Below the pieces are notes generated by a model, which had not been told where the DNA came from, did no database searches, and was given only the letters and a program-made list of their open reading frames with translations. The translations under genes were made by a program, and so were the position numbers. 64,000 nt of DNA, from the NCBI GenBank assembly GCA_012295275.1, contig CM022675.1, positions 13,082,001 to 13,146,000 of the forward strand, read 5' to 3'. Positions 12,601-26,816 of this stretch are shown here, one piece after another (the stretch's first letter is position 1; each line of letters opens with the position of its first letter). The DNA comes from Chrysomallon squamiferum. Its lineage: Eukaryota > Animalia > Mollusca.

Positions 12601-14224
12601 CATGCGACCTGAAACTCAGGTAATTACACTGCTTTTACTACGTTTTCTTTCAAATCGCAGCTTTGTCGTTTTAAATTTTGTTTTTTTTTTTTTTTTTATT
12701 TTTTTTTATTAATATTTTTATTTTAACTTTATTATAACTATTTTTTATTTATATTTGAATTAATTTTAATTTTAATTTTAATTATTTCACTTCACTGTTC
12801 TGCACTGCACTGCAGAAAACTACACTACACTACACTACATTTTACTTTACTTTATTTATTTTACTTTATATTTCTTTACTCATTTATTTTACTGTATTTA
12901 CTTAAATAGTAACATGTTAAAAACTTACTTACTAGTTACTTTTCCTAATATCTATCTGTATACAAGAAAACATCATTTCTATCATTAATATGAAATTGCC
13001 AGTTAACAGTGAAAGACTTAATTCAGAAAATACTATTTTTCTTGGTAATATGAGATTGTCAGATAACAAGAGAGTTAACTCCCTTCGTTTCAGGATACAT
13101 CTTTTAGCTGGGATGACTTTCTTTTGAAAAATAACAGTGAGCTGCTCAACAACCTTGGCAACTTCGTCAACAGGTAAATATAAAATAAAACCTATAGAGA
13201 TTTACATAGAGACAGTCAGAGACAGACAGAAAGAGACAGAGAGTGAGAGAAAGTGAGTCGTGTCCAGTTTGATACCTCATTTCTCATTTTTGCCACGATA
13301 CGGCAAGACCGATGTCTATATAAAAAGACGATAATATATATTTTTTTTAAATTTTTAATTACTATTATTATTTTGTGTTTTTAACAGAGCTTTGGTCTTT
13401 CTTGCCAACAACTTTGATGGAGTCATTCAGGAAATGAAGTTGACAGCTGAAGATGAGAAGTTACTGGCCCTCATAACCCGAGAACTCAAAACACATTGAA
13501 AACATGGAAGTTGCTAAGTAAGTCAAAGAGTATTTTGCTTTAATTCAGTTCTAGTATTTACATATTTTTTATGTGAAATGTTTTTCTGTTCATCATTTGT
13601 TTTTCTATCCATATATGGCTATATCAAAAAGAATCCATCTTGCCAATATTTATTTTTTATTTTATTTTTTTTGTCCCTTTACATCTGTATCAGATTTTAT
13701 CATTTTATTTTGGTCTTTAATTTTGTCTATTTTTCTGTCTCTGTCCATTAATCTGTTTATAGATACATTTCTCAATGTAAGGTCCATTTTTTTAAATGTT
13801 TTGTTACATTGTGATACCTGGAATATAGCTCAGCGTGGATGTTTTGTATAACCACAGTAGCATTTACAACACTAGTAAATATTTGCACGTATTTAAAGAG
13901 ATCTGTTAATATTCATTGATTTTCATTCATCTTCAGGCTTCGAGATTCTATTCGTAACATTCTGAACATATCGAGACTGGGAAATCAGTTCATGCAGTCA
14001 AATAAACCGAGGGTTTTGTTGAAAGGAACAGATGAGGAGAGGTAATATAAAGACTTCTAGAGTTGTGGACAGAGTCCAGTTTGTTATACATTGCAAGAGA
14101 TTAAAACTTAGCTCATGTAAAGGCCTTGGTGGTTAGTGGTTTGATACATAATCTTCATTAATGAAAAGAATAAAATTAAATACTGATGTCTGAGTATGTG
14201 TGAGAAAAAAGGAGGTGTGTGGAG

Positions 14225-14256
<32 letters not shown>

Positions 14257-15334
14257 CACACACACACACACAGATGGGGAGAGGGATAGAGAGTGTGTGA
14301 GGTTGTATGTGTAACTGTTTTGTATGTTCATATCTAAACAATTATGTTTTAAAAGACTGGGTAAGCCATACATATAAAGTTAATCTTTACTCACCTACTC
14401 TGTTCATATGCTTCTTTTCATTAAAAAACATATTTACTCAGTTTGCTGTGGTGTTGATGTTTCAGCACACAGCTGAGAAAATCAAGTTTGATTCCTTAAC
14501 AAACCAAGAGATTAAAACTGTAAATCAGACAATGCCATTAATTGTCAGAGTAAAAATCATTGCTATCGACAGAACAGTATTTATATTACTTTCTGAATTT
14601 TTAAAAATTTTAGATTTATTATTTTCAATTATTTTTTAATATTTGATGACAAGTTTATTTCACTGTTTCAGATCTCGAGCTGGCAGTGTGGTCAGTGTTG
14701 CTGTAAACATCTCTCAGCTGCTGTCTGTTCTGCTACAGCCGTACATGCCAGTGACCAGCGAAACCATTCAGACACAGCTGAGTGTAACGTCATACACAAC
14801 AAGTTCATCTGTATTCTCAAACCTGGACACAAAATTGGAAAGGTAACAACTCAGCTACAGAAAGATTTAATTAAAGAATGTATAACTACTCTGTATGATA
14901 GTTTTCTTATGTCTATGAATGAATATTTGTTTAAAAATTCCTATCTTTATTAAAAAAAAATTTAACTGAAATTAAGCTTAATTGAGGATTGGTTGTTTAA
15001 TGAATGGAATATTTGTTTAAATCAGTGTATTTTTCTTTTTCTACTCAAAAAAATTTGTATTTATTTGTGTTTGTCCTATAAAAATCAGAACACAGATCTT
15101 GACCAACTTTGATGACACAGTTTATAGGGATCAAGGTAAAATAGTCAATATCAGTGGGGACTTTGATGATAATTAATCTTGTGGCACTTCATTAATATAC
15201 AGATATATTTCATATTTTGATTGCAGTTGTATTGTGTATTGCTTGTGTTTCAGCCTAGTCCATTATTCCAGAAGATAGAAGCATCAACCATAGCTGAACT
15301 GAAAGCCTCACCTCAACCTGTGAAAAAGGTAACA

Positions 15335-15452
15335 AGCAGGCTAAACATTTCTAAATAAACTCACACACACAAGGCTAAAGATTTTTAAATAAATCAAGAC
15401 AAACAAGGCTGAAAACTCTTTTAAAAAATTCACAAAAACAAGGCTAAAAACC
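15335..15452. repeat. ~34-bp degenerate tandem repeat (CAAGGCTAAA...TAAATAAA), 3-4 copies, next to a MARS1 donor site
   Basis: AGGCT(A/G)AA recurs at ~15338, 15372, 15406, 15441. Confidence 0.6.
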
Positions 15453-18400
15453 CAGAGGCATACATACAGTTCTAGATTTCTTCAACTCAGTTTAATATGT
15501 TGATAAACCCAAGCGATGATTGTTCAGATTTCTTTGTTTTATTTTAAAAACTTATTATCTGAAAATGTTTTTTTCTTTACAGGTTAAACAAAGTGTGAAA
15601 GAACCAACCAATCCCACAGCAGTTTGTAATGGACCTGCCAGTCCAGAAGAAATCGAAAGACTGAAAGATGAAGTGACAAAACAGGTGACTTAAATTCTCC
15701 TGATATAAATAAATAAATACATTTAAAATATTTTTTTTTTTTACTACATTTACATTTATACAGTGTTTGGTTTGATGTTTTATATTGCACCATTAGTCTG
15801 AAATGTTCATGTATGTGTTGAGAAGACAGAATTTTGAAGAGAATAAATTTTAAATTTAAAATTTTTCAAGTGTAGGATCTTTATGAATAAGAAAAAAAAA
15901 AAAAACAGTCTTTCAATCCAGGAATTAGTCTGGTTTGCCTGTTGTTCCTATCTTTTATTAGTGTATGTAAGTACATTTTATTATTATTACTAATATTATT
16001 TTTATTATTCTCCATACTGTTGTTGTTATTCTTATTATTTTATTATTTCAACAGGGTAACGTGGTTCGTGAGCTAAAAACAAATAAATCGGAGAAGACTG
16101 TTATTGACAAGGCAGTGGCCACGTTGTTGGATCTCAAGCGACAGTTAGCCGTTGCTCAGGGTGAAGACCCTAGAACAATCAACAAAAGTGGAAAAAAGAA
16201 AGGAAAGAAGTAGAAAATATTTGAACAAATCAAATGTGAATCTTTGAAAATTAACGTAACATTTTGGACAAAAATGTGGAATAAATACAGTAAATATCAG
16301 ATGATTTTAATGGAAAAAAGATGTTGGCAGAGTTAACAGTATTTATTAAGTTTTAAATGTAGGTTATAGAATGAGTGTTGGATGTAAAAGTAGAAAAAGA
16401 TGCTTGTTATATCATTTTTTTATAATTATATTTTGATGATCAACAATACTTTTTCTCAGATGTGGAAAGATACTGAAAATCATTCTGTCAGAGATTTTTA
16501 TACTTGTTAAAGTACGACACATAAAGACAAAGTTAATCTGTAGAACAATATTTTTTAAAACAGTTATAAGAAAGCACACTTTTTAAATTTGATTTTGCGA
16601 TCTGAAATAATTATTATTCTATTTATGTTACACATAACATAGAAATATACTGAAGGAGGGGTTTTTTGTTGTTGTTTTTTTAATCACAGATTATCAATTA
16701 AATTTCTGTTGAATGTTAAATATTAATTAATTATAACAGATACTCCTCTGAGCAAAAACAATATTCAACAACTCATCCTGTGACAGTGTTTTCAAAAATG
16801 CATCGATCATGATCGAGTTGTTTTATTATTGGTTGAAAGAAAATTACCTCTTTTTTTCCCCTGCTAACTATAGATATTAACTGTAATAAGTTTGTTTTTA
16901 CAGGTAGGAATGATTTATTAAAAAAGATTGTAAAATGAAATTTATTTATTTATCCCTCTACAATTTAATTTTGTAAATAAATCATATGCTGATGGTAATA
17001 ATCAAAAGCATTTTGATAGAAATTGAGTTTTCAGTGGTTTGTTTGTCCCTAACAACTTTAAATACTTGAACAGCAACATTTTCCTGCATAAACTGATGAC
17101 AGAGATTGTATTTTCAGTATTGTCCCTATCAACTGTAAGTCATCAAAATATATTTTTCTTTATAAATATTGAAAATGGTAAATGGTCAACAAACCAGGAT
17201 TGTTCATCTAATATATTCTTCTTTTTTTTGTTTGATCACAGCTGAAGTCCACAAGATCCTAGACCCTGGTAATACTCAGATTTCCTGTGGTTCATAAATG
17301 GTTGGTTAATGAATGTTAAATACATGTTCGTAGTTTCATGATTATTTTTTTTCACTAATTGCTTCAAACCTTGATGCATCTCCTCTGCTATTAATTCTTG
17401 CCCTGATTAATTAAAGACTTAAATTCTGTTCTAATTGTTGAAAATGAAGCTAATCAGTAGAGTTGAAGCAGGAATTTCCTGTCATAAAATTTAAACAAAA
17501 AAATCTGTAATAGTAAGCATTCAGTAAAAAAATAATTTAAGATGTAAAATTCAAGAATAGAGTTCAAGTGAAAAAATATGGAATGTAAAATAAATAATTG
17601 ATACTTAACAGTTTATTAATAAACAAACAATTATAATAAAATTTAGATTATAAAACATCTACAGAACTGAAAAGTAACAATGCTGCTCAAGCTGTGTTTA
17701 TAGTTCTTTACATATTAAAAGTTACAAAGAAAGGAAAGATAAAAAGTAAAGATTACACAAGATCTTAAGGACACAAAGAACAATGATAAGTCAGAGAACA
17801 TCCAATGTCATTTTCATACTTTAATGTTGACTGTCACATTTTACAACATTCCACCAAAGTCATGAATAAAACTAGTGAAAAACTATTCATTTTCAAACCC
17901 TGGGTAACACATTGAGGCCAAACTTCAATTTACTGATGTAACAGAAATGGCTGTTTGAATTCTGATGTCAAACACGGAGGCTACAGAAGATATGTACCAT
18001 TGTTTTTTAAATAGAAAAAGTTATGTAAAATTTTATTTATTTTATTAACTAACGAAAATATAAAATAACTGAAGAACTGAGTGTGTTTGTCAGATTCACA
18101 AATCTGATAAATAGAAAACTGATTTTCTCAAAATCTGAACACTTTATCATATAATTTATGATAATTTAATTTTGACTTAAAAAAAATAATTAATAAATTA
18201 AAAATCTTGAATGTTTAAATACAAACTAGATTTGCACAAAAACCAATACTAATAATAAATTTCAAACATTTGTCATGAGCAAAAAATAGAAAGAAGTAAA
18301 ACCTAAAAAAAAACACTAATTTAAATTGGACTTAATTGTAATCCAATTTTAATCAGTGTAGAAGTTTTTGAAATTTGATAAAACCAGTTAGTACAAAGAC

Positions 18401-19573
18401 CAGATTTCTACTAATTAACTTTTCTCTGAAACGATAAGACAAATTACACAAACGTAACAAAATAAACTAATAAAACCAAGTAAGTACAGTGACAAATGTT
18501 TAAACAACAAAATAATGAAGACAAATCTAATAAGTATATGTATTGTTCAAACCCTTTTTTACAAAATTTTGACTCATTAGGTTCTTCAAAATAACTGAAA
18601 ATATGATTTTATTTTATTTTCTCTTTTCTGGGCAGCTTATATACTTCAGAAAATAAAATAATAAAAATGTATAAAGTACGAATATCATCATAATTGTTTT
18701 AATAAAATTTTGACTTATCACAGCATGAAAAATCAGCTGTGGAAAATATTTTATTAGAAAACGATCATTTATTTTCTCTTTTTGAAAATCAAGAGAAAAA
18801 TACTTATGCACCTTTATTTTTATTTTTATGTAGCCTATATACTTATCACCAAAACACAGTCCTATTCTGTAACACCAACCAGCTCCTTATTTTCTCACTG
18901 CATATTTTTGCAAACACTTACTTTTTCATGAACTGTACTACAATCTGAGATCTGTAGAACACCCCTTTAAAATTTAAAAAATATTAAATTTGTCAAACAT
19001 AAACTTCAGTAAATCACAAATGCAAAAAATAAAATAAAAAAATAAATAAGAAGATGAGTTAAATCTTTTTTCAAAATGATTTCACTATATGGGTCAACAT
19101 TCTTCAGTGTAATTACAATAACAATTGTTTTATACTGGGCAGGAAAAGATATTTAGAAAAAAAAAAAAATAGAGAAAAGAATAAAGAGACATAAATCTAA
19201 AACCTAAAAACTCCTAGAGCTACAAGTGACAGTAAATCTAATTAAAATGTTGCTTTTTTTTTTCTTTCAGTTTTTAATGTTTTAAATATTTTATTATTTT
19301 TTTTTATTTGCAAATGTTTGCATGTACCATTTATATTTTGCACAGTAATATGATGCATAATTTTTTTTTTTTCCATCACTGCTTTTTTTTTCATGCAGTT
19401 TTTTTTTTTTTTTTTTGTTGAATCAGAAATCGGGGAAAATAATTTAGCCTCCATTTTTTGTGTGTATTTTTTATTTTTTTTTTCCTTCATCACTGTTTAA
19501 TGTTATTTGTTTTGCTGAAAGATGTAGAATTATTCTAAAAACAGTTTCACTCTCAGTAACTTTTGTCTTATTT

Positions 19574-20257
19574 CTATGAAATTATACATCCACTTTTCTC
19601 TGGAGGTGGACCGAGCGACTTCTCTATGGCAATAACTATGGCTTGAAATATTTCAGGAACATGCTGTAAAATAATAATAAAAAAAATAAAATAATACATA
19701 AAAAATTATTTACAAAAAATTCAAAAAAAATTCAAAAAACTAAATAAAAAAGCAGTTTTATTAATTATTTATTATTAAACAATCAACAAAACAAATAATA
19801 TTTTGATAGGACAGCAAAAAGTGTTAAAATATATGATGATGACGATACTGATCATGTTAATAATAATAATAATAATGATACTGATAATATAATAGTAACA
19901 ACAACAATAAAACTGATAACTATAGTAATAAAGTTAATTGTTATCCCACTTCATTATCTTTAGCTGAAGCCTCTAAAAATGGAGCCTTCCATGAATCTGC
20001 CACTTTCTTCCCTTCTTCATAAGCAACAACTCTGAAATAGAAAAATTTAAATATAATTGTTATTTTTACAGTAAAGAATTCAAACGATAATTTTTAATTT
20101 AACAATCTGTAAAATAAATGAAACAAAGCATTAATACAAACATCTCTTTAATTGTTAATATTCTCTTTTATTGTCCAATTAAAAAAAAAATGGATCCTAA
20201 TTACCTTTCCAGTTTGAGGTCACTCTTGTTTCCCACTAAGACAACTGGAACTCTGAA

Positions 20258-20299
<42 letters not shown>

Positions 20300-20520
20300 T
20301 GTAACTGTAACAGTAGCAGTAATAATAAACTAATATTAATAACAACAATAAAGACAGTATTATTATTATTAATAATCGTAACAACAACAATTATGACAGT
20401 ATTAATAATAACAATGATAATCATATTATTTATATTATTATTATTAGTAGTAGTAGTAATATTAATATTAATATTAATAATCAATTACCCCCCCGATATT
20501 AATATATACAGAGTTCACAC

Positions 20521-20559
<39 letters not shown>

Positions 20560-22126
20560 AAAGAGAATTGAGATACAAAGTAAAACGAACGTACTGTGAA
20601 GTTCCTTTCATGTCTAATATTTTTTCATACAGAAATTTTACAACTTCAAAGCTGAAATCACAAACATTCCATTCAAATTAATTAATATTGTTTTTAAAAA
20701 ATTTAACATTTTTTCTTTTTTTTTTTTTGTTTTTATTTTTCCAAAATGGATTGAAAATACCCTCTAACATTATGTTTAATCATTAACAACAGATTTACTA
20801 AAATGTGACTGGATTATATTAATTTATTATGATTATTTTAAAGGAGAAATTTGCTGCCACATTTGAATGAAGTAATCTCAGTGATGAACAGACAGGTAGA
20901 CACGTAATAGTTTCTCAAAGAATAAAAACAGACATAGTTTCTGGAACAAGTGTCAAACAAAAGAGTGGAATGGGCAAAAGCACAGACCCATTGACTCAAA
21001 ATATCTATATCATATATTTTAACCATGGAAATGACTGTTGGCATATTTTAACCACGGACTTCAAACATTAAAATGACTAAAGTGTCATCAGCTTCTTTCA
21101 ACTGCAATTTTATTTTTAAACAAAGAGAAATATCTAACTTCTTTTTTTAATTTTTTGTTTTTTGAAATGAATTCCAGTAAAAAGTAGCATATTTTGATAT
21201 CTTAGCTGTTTTCCTTTTCAAATAAATATTAATAATTTATATTTTTTTTTTAGAATTGGTTGTACAAACCTTTTGCGTGAATTTGTTGAGTAGACAAGAA
21301 CATAGCCATCAACATTGACAAAATAGGAAGATGGTATCACAGAATATTCATCCTAGAATAAAAGATGAATGAATACTTTTTAATAAACCAAATTAAAAAA
21401 AAAAATAATAATAACATAACCAAATGAAATGGGTATCAAAAATATATAAATACTGTTCTATAAAGTTAAAAAAATTAAAATAAAACATAAAATAAATTGT
21501 GAAAGATTTACCATTTGTTGAAAACAAAAGGAATGTAAAATATTTAAATCAAAATATATATATATATATATACACACATACACAGACAAACATACAAGTC
21601 TGTTATTTACTATTACTTGCAAGAAAAAGTGTTTGTAAATAAAGTTTAACATGAAAAAAATATATATAATAAAATAATATATATATATATATTATATAAA
21701 GAAAATTGTTATTGTGAAAGAATTAATATTTACTGCAAGAAAACATATTTATATATTGAAAAACAAATAATAATTATTTATATATATTAAAAGTATAATT
21801 ATATTCAACAACGACGCCATGTTTGGTTTGCTGTTGACGTGTTTACCTGGCCTGCTGTGTCTACAAGATTCAGTAGATATTCTTGACCATTTATTGTAAT
21901 CTTCTTTACAAATGCTGAAAACAAGAGTTGGAATATAAACATGTTCTTAAACTGAATACTAATTGGTTCAATAAATTAAATACTTTGAATTATTATTATA
22001 AACAGACAAACAAATGAAAACAATCAGCTTTGTGCAATCAAACTTTAAAAATCAAAATCAAAAATAAATAACAATCATTTGAAAATATAGAAAATATTTG
22101 TGGAAAATGTAGACAATCGAAAAACA

Positions 22127-22181
<55 letters not shown>

Positions 22182-23670
22182 AAGTAACAAATAAACAACC
22201 TGGAGAATTTAAAATGAATAAGCATCATTTGTTTGTATCATATCAGAGTCTAGAAACAAACAATAGATTTGTTAGTATATAAAATGTATTTTTATTTATT
22301 TATTTATTTATTTATTTACTGGTTTTAAAAATCTGAACATCAACTTACTGTTCTCTATAGTGGGATCATATGAATCAACAAACTGATTCTCAACAAACTG
22401 GATTGTCAATGACGACTTTCCTAAAAATAAAAATAAAATATTATGTAAATAAATTATAACTTACTTGTTTACATTACAAATAAATAAATTATAATTTAAC
22501 TGTTTAATAACTAAAATTAACAATTAATTTGTTTACCTAACAAACAAATACACAAGCAAACAAATTATTAAGTATCTCGTGCACATTCTGGACAGTGGCT
22601 GCCAGATTCTTTTAAAAATGCAGCAGCACTGACTTAAACATTACTCCAGTTTGAAGAAAACGTTTAAAAAAAAAAAAACCCACAGTTCTGAGAGTTCATA
22701 TTTTTGGAATTAACTAGTACTATTTTCTAGAAAATAATATTTATTTATTATTTATTTATTTATTACTGGTAAGATCTAAGCATGCAATTCATGGATGTTT
22801 ATTTTATCTTCATTCCTAATTCTAAGCTCAGACAAGCCAACAAACTAACCATATTTATTACTGATTAGACTTAAAGGTAAAAGCACAAATAACATTATGA
22901 ATTTTAAAACCAAGATATTTTTCAAGCACAGAAATATCAGTAGTATTTTTATGTTTATATACAACTGATTTAGAATTTAAAATTTTAGAGATAATTCATC
23001 ATTTTGCAAACAGGCAAGTTGTTGCAATAATGTATTCATTAGGCTAAAATACAGATGACCATCAGTTCAAATTACTGACAAATACTTAACCTGCCACAGA
23101 ATCTTAAATCACTAGTTCTCAAACTCACAATAAATTTGTAATAATGACTCATTAAATGACGGAAATTGTTCTGATGCAAGAAATTATGTAATTAAGAACA
23201 TTAAATAGATAACATTTATTCTCTCATTCCATTTATAAAACAAAAACAAACTATTAATTTTGAAATCATGATTTGTGGGGTTTTTTTCAAAATAAAAAAT
23301 AAATTTTATTTTTATGGAAAAATATATTTATTCCTCTAAGTTCCTAAATCCGTGTATGCCTTAGAATCGTTACGTTTTGATTACAGTACTATAATTTATA
23401 AAGAACATTCTAATTAAATTATTAATATTTTTGTCAGGAATAAAAACAAACCAAAATAAAATATTCATTTGGACATGTTCCAGAAAAGCATTTTTTCTTT
23501 CTTTCATTTTTTTTAATTTTTTTTTTTTTTTTTAATTCCAAGTAAAAAAAAAATAAAAATAACAAATAACAAATTTGATAATTATAAAAAAATAATACAT
23601 TGATATTTCAATTGTTCTTACCGACAGATCTAAATCCCATAATCCCTATTCTCCGTTGTTTCGGTATCAT
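19574..23670 (-). CDS. RHEB: Rheb small GTPase (mTORC1 activator), 182 aa, 8 exons, intact
   Basis: Exons 23670-23622, 22420-22349, 21914-21847, 21352-21270, 20651-20595, 20252-20205, 20031-19950, 19663-19574 (549 nt). G1 GFRSVGKS with the Rheb-diagnostic Arg, effector FVDSYDPTIENTF, DTAGQ, NKSD, SAK, C-terminal CAAX CIIS. Confidence 0.96.
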
Positions 23671-23752
23671 TTTAACTGTTGTTGTTAGCCATATGATAAC
23701 AAAATTATTTGAAAGATTGAAAATTAAGAAAATACAAACACAAGTTCGTTTA

Positions 23753-23760
23753 ACTTCCGG
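23753..23760 (-). promoter_or_regulatory. ETS/GABP site (CCGGAAGT) in the Rheb proximal promoter/5' region
   Basis: ACTTCCGG about 85 bp upstream of the Rheb ATG. Confidence 0.45.
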
Positions 23761-24094
23761 GAACAATTCTACGCCTTCGCAAGGAAGAGTTATCTTTGTT
23801 GATCTCACGCCACCTTTTATTTTGCTATCAATCAATTGTAAAACGTAATATATTGCACATTTAATTTTAAATGTATGTTGTGAAAATAAATGAATTTGCA
23901 GTTTTTATTATTTGATATTGTTGAAATAATTGTTTTCTACTTAAAAACACTTACCAATAAATAAATGAAATAAAAATAAAATAAAATAAATTCAATCAGT
24001 TACACGCACAGAAAGGTAGACAAAACTTAATTAGTTGCTTTTTTTTTTCACTGGACTAACTAAAGTAAAGAAAGATAATTACATTAGTATATGT

Positions 24095-24417
24095 CAGTGA
24101 TGGCAAAACTATAACGCGTCAGAAGTGACACGCGCGACACTAAGTACCTTGGACATTGATTTAATATATTCTCGAATATTTTTGGTCACGTAATTTAAAA
24201 GTTAATAAAAGAGAATTAAAAGTAGTGGGTGAGAGCAGAACTCCTTGCTGTACTCTGGTAACATCTATTCTTATTCATATAATATAGAAGAGTGAATTCT
24301 GGAGTGACTGCTGGATCTGTGATAACAATATACATTTAGAAGTGACACACGACGATGTAAAAATGACTAAGATATAAAAGTATTGACACGCCTAGCATCA
24401 AAGTTTTGCCACCACTG
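24095..24417. mobile_element. Non-autonomous hAT (Charlie/Buster-like) MITE, 323 bp
   Basis: 16-bp TIRs CAGTGATGGCAAAACT / AGTTTTGCCACCACTG (1 mismatch); internal TGACAC(G) subterminal motifs; degenerate 8-bp TSD GTATATGT / GCATAGAT (5/8). Confidence 0.75.
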
Positions 24418-25060
24418 GCATAGATAGAAAATGTTGGTTAGCTGAATAGCTGTTCCAGTTTTCAGACGTCTTATTAATTTAATTAAATATTGTTTAATAA
24501 ATCCACAGACACACACACGCACACACACAACACAGAACAGAGAGAGAGGTATATTCAACAAAATTAATAGATTTATTAGTTAATACATCTTGAAGTTTGT
24601 TGTTGTATATTAGTTATATGTAATTATGAAGGTCTCTTCACTATTATTGGCTTCTCATAAAATAAAATTTACCAAATAAACATATTTCTCTTTGCTTTGT
24701 TTATTGTTTTTTTTTAGTTCATATACAATGGAATGGCCATTTGCAATTAGATATCAAAGCAGTCCTGTATTAGTTTATACAGTCACAAAGTTTTGTGATG
24801 TATTCACACACACACAATTATTTTTTTACCCTACAGTGAAATAACCAAGATTGTTCTTATATTAATTTTAATTTTCATCTGCATAAAATTCTAACTTATA
24901 CATTTAAACTTTAGCTTTGGCTTCAAGTGGACTTTAATGTAATGATGATGATGATAAAGTGGAGGAACAGAAGAATGATGTTGATAACAATAATAATTTT
25001 AATGATACCAAAAATAACAATAATAATGATGGTAATGGTTATGATAATATATTTATATCT

Positions 25061-25095
<35 letters not shown>

Positions 25096-25989
25096 TATAG
25101 GGGCTTCATCAAAGGCAACAAATCAAAGAAAACTCAACAATGAATAGTTTTATTTTATTAATAACAATATAATGTATACAGGTTTATATTTGACAAAGCA
25201 TCTAATCACATAAGCTATTTACACAGTCGCTCATTAAAACAGATAGTACAAAAACAATGATACGTTTCCTCTGTAAGAATATACAAATGTACATCATAGT
25301 TAATTATGTGGAGCACTGAATTTACTACAGGAGTATTTTACCTTTATCAAATTTGAATAAACGATGTGAGATTTATTTATTCATTTACTTATTTTAAATC
25401 CAAGAGAAATTGGACAGAAAAGATATCACAGACATAAAACGAATTTTGACAGAAATAATATCTTTAATGGAAGAACTTCATGTATAATAATAATCATAAT
25501 AACAGTTTTTCAGCAGTCTGCACTGCCTAAAAAATAAAAATAAAAATGGTATATTCTTTTTATTTATGTTTCACATAGCTCAAGCTTTGATCTTTTGGTC
25601 AAAATTATATTCAGGCAATTTTTATATTAAATGACATTCTCATCTATGGATATAATTATTTTTAAAATTTCTTAAAGAATCCATAATTATATTTATGAAA
25701 TAAATTAATTTAGTACTTCTGCTAAACAGAAGTTTTTACATGAAAATTGCAGGTTTTTTTATTTTTTTTCATTAACATAAAAAAATAAAAGAATCAATCG
25801 TTAAATTAAAGGTTAATAATATTATTCTGTATATATTAATTACAGATTATTATGTATTTTATGAACAAGCCACAGAAATATCAATCAAAAATATAATATT
25901 AGTAAAATAATAACAAATATAATATTAAGAATAAATAACAAAAACTAAATTATGCTATAACAGTAATAGCAATTATTAATAATAATATC

Positions 25990-26027
<38 letters not shown>

Positions 26028-26369
26028 ATCTTTGAAAATATAAAGTAATCAATTATTTTATAACATATCTGCTTATGCATTCATGTTTTATTAAAAATTT
26101 TCTAAATATATATTGAAATAATATAATTAATTACATATTAACAGGTTGATCAAACAAAAAATTATATGAATGATATGTATGTCTGGAATAGAAAATAAAA
26201 CAATACATTTTAATATCAAAAGCATAAACACACCTTTATTTCACTGATTAATAACAATAGATAAGAATATAATTAATAAAAATATCAAATTAAAAACATA
26301 TATATATATATATATATATATAAATTTAGTTTTTCACTATTAACCAATTAGTATAAAAGAAATTTAATG

Positions 26370-26408
<39 letters not shown>

Positions 26409-26816
26409 AGCAGTAAAAAAATAAATCATATGCTACTTCTCCTTTTCATTTTCCCAGAATGAAAAACTATTAAAAAAATGAAATATGCATTCTCCCAATA
26501 TTTTCTTATTTACAATTCATACATTAAAAAATTATTTGTGTTTTTTTTCCTAAAAACCATAATCTAGTTTTCAATTTGTTTAACATATCTTTTTTAGTGG
26601 CTTGAAATTTTATCATACTTTATTGATGTTAAAAAATCACATCAAAGAATTCAAAATATATTCAAAATTTAAACAAACAAAAAGAATTACATTGAAAATA
26701 TAAATTAAAATTAAATTTGAAAACAAAATAAATCGAGAAAGTCAAACATGTTCATAAAATTAATAAATTTGTAAAAAGGTTTTATTGATGGTTTATGGCA
26801 CTTAAATGTTTTTAAA

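Larger units (their letters stand above)
5818..16213 (+). pseudogene. MARS1: Cytosolic methionyl-tRNA synthetase, degenerate non-processed (intron-containing) copy
   Basis: Exons 5818-5920, 6325-6415, 6752-6833, 6997-7125, 7667-7739, 8349-8464, 9198-9323, 9506-9600, 9960-10049, 10434-~10614 (donor lost), 11044-11214, 11734-11829, 12264-12381, 12486-12619, 13094-13173, 13388-13517 (frameshift, TGA 13497-13499), 13937-14041, 14672-14842 (frameshift ~14781), 15254-15328, 15583-15684, 16055-16213. Motifs: GST-like EWLEWD, Zn knuckle [84 protein letters not shown]-motif exons absent. Confidence 0.9.

Noticed and set aside
16213-19574. Overlapping antisense 3'UTRs of MARS1 and Rheb
   Set aside because: Plausible polyA signals for each gene (16280 on +, ~17612 on -) allow non-overlapping ends; this cannot be decided without transcripts
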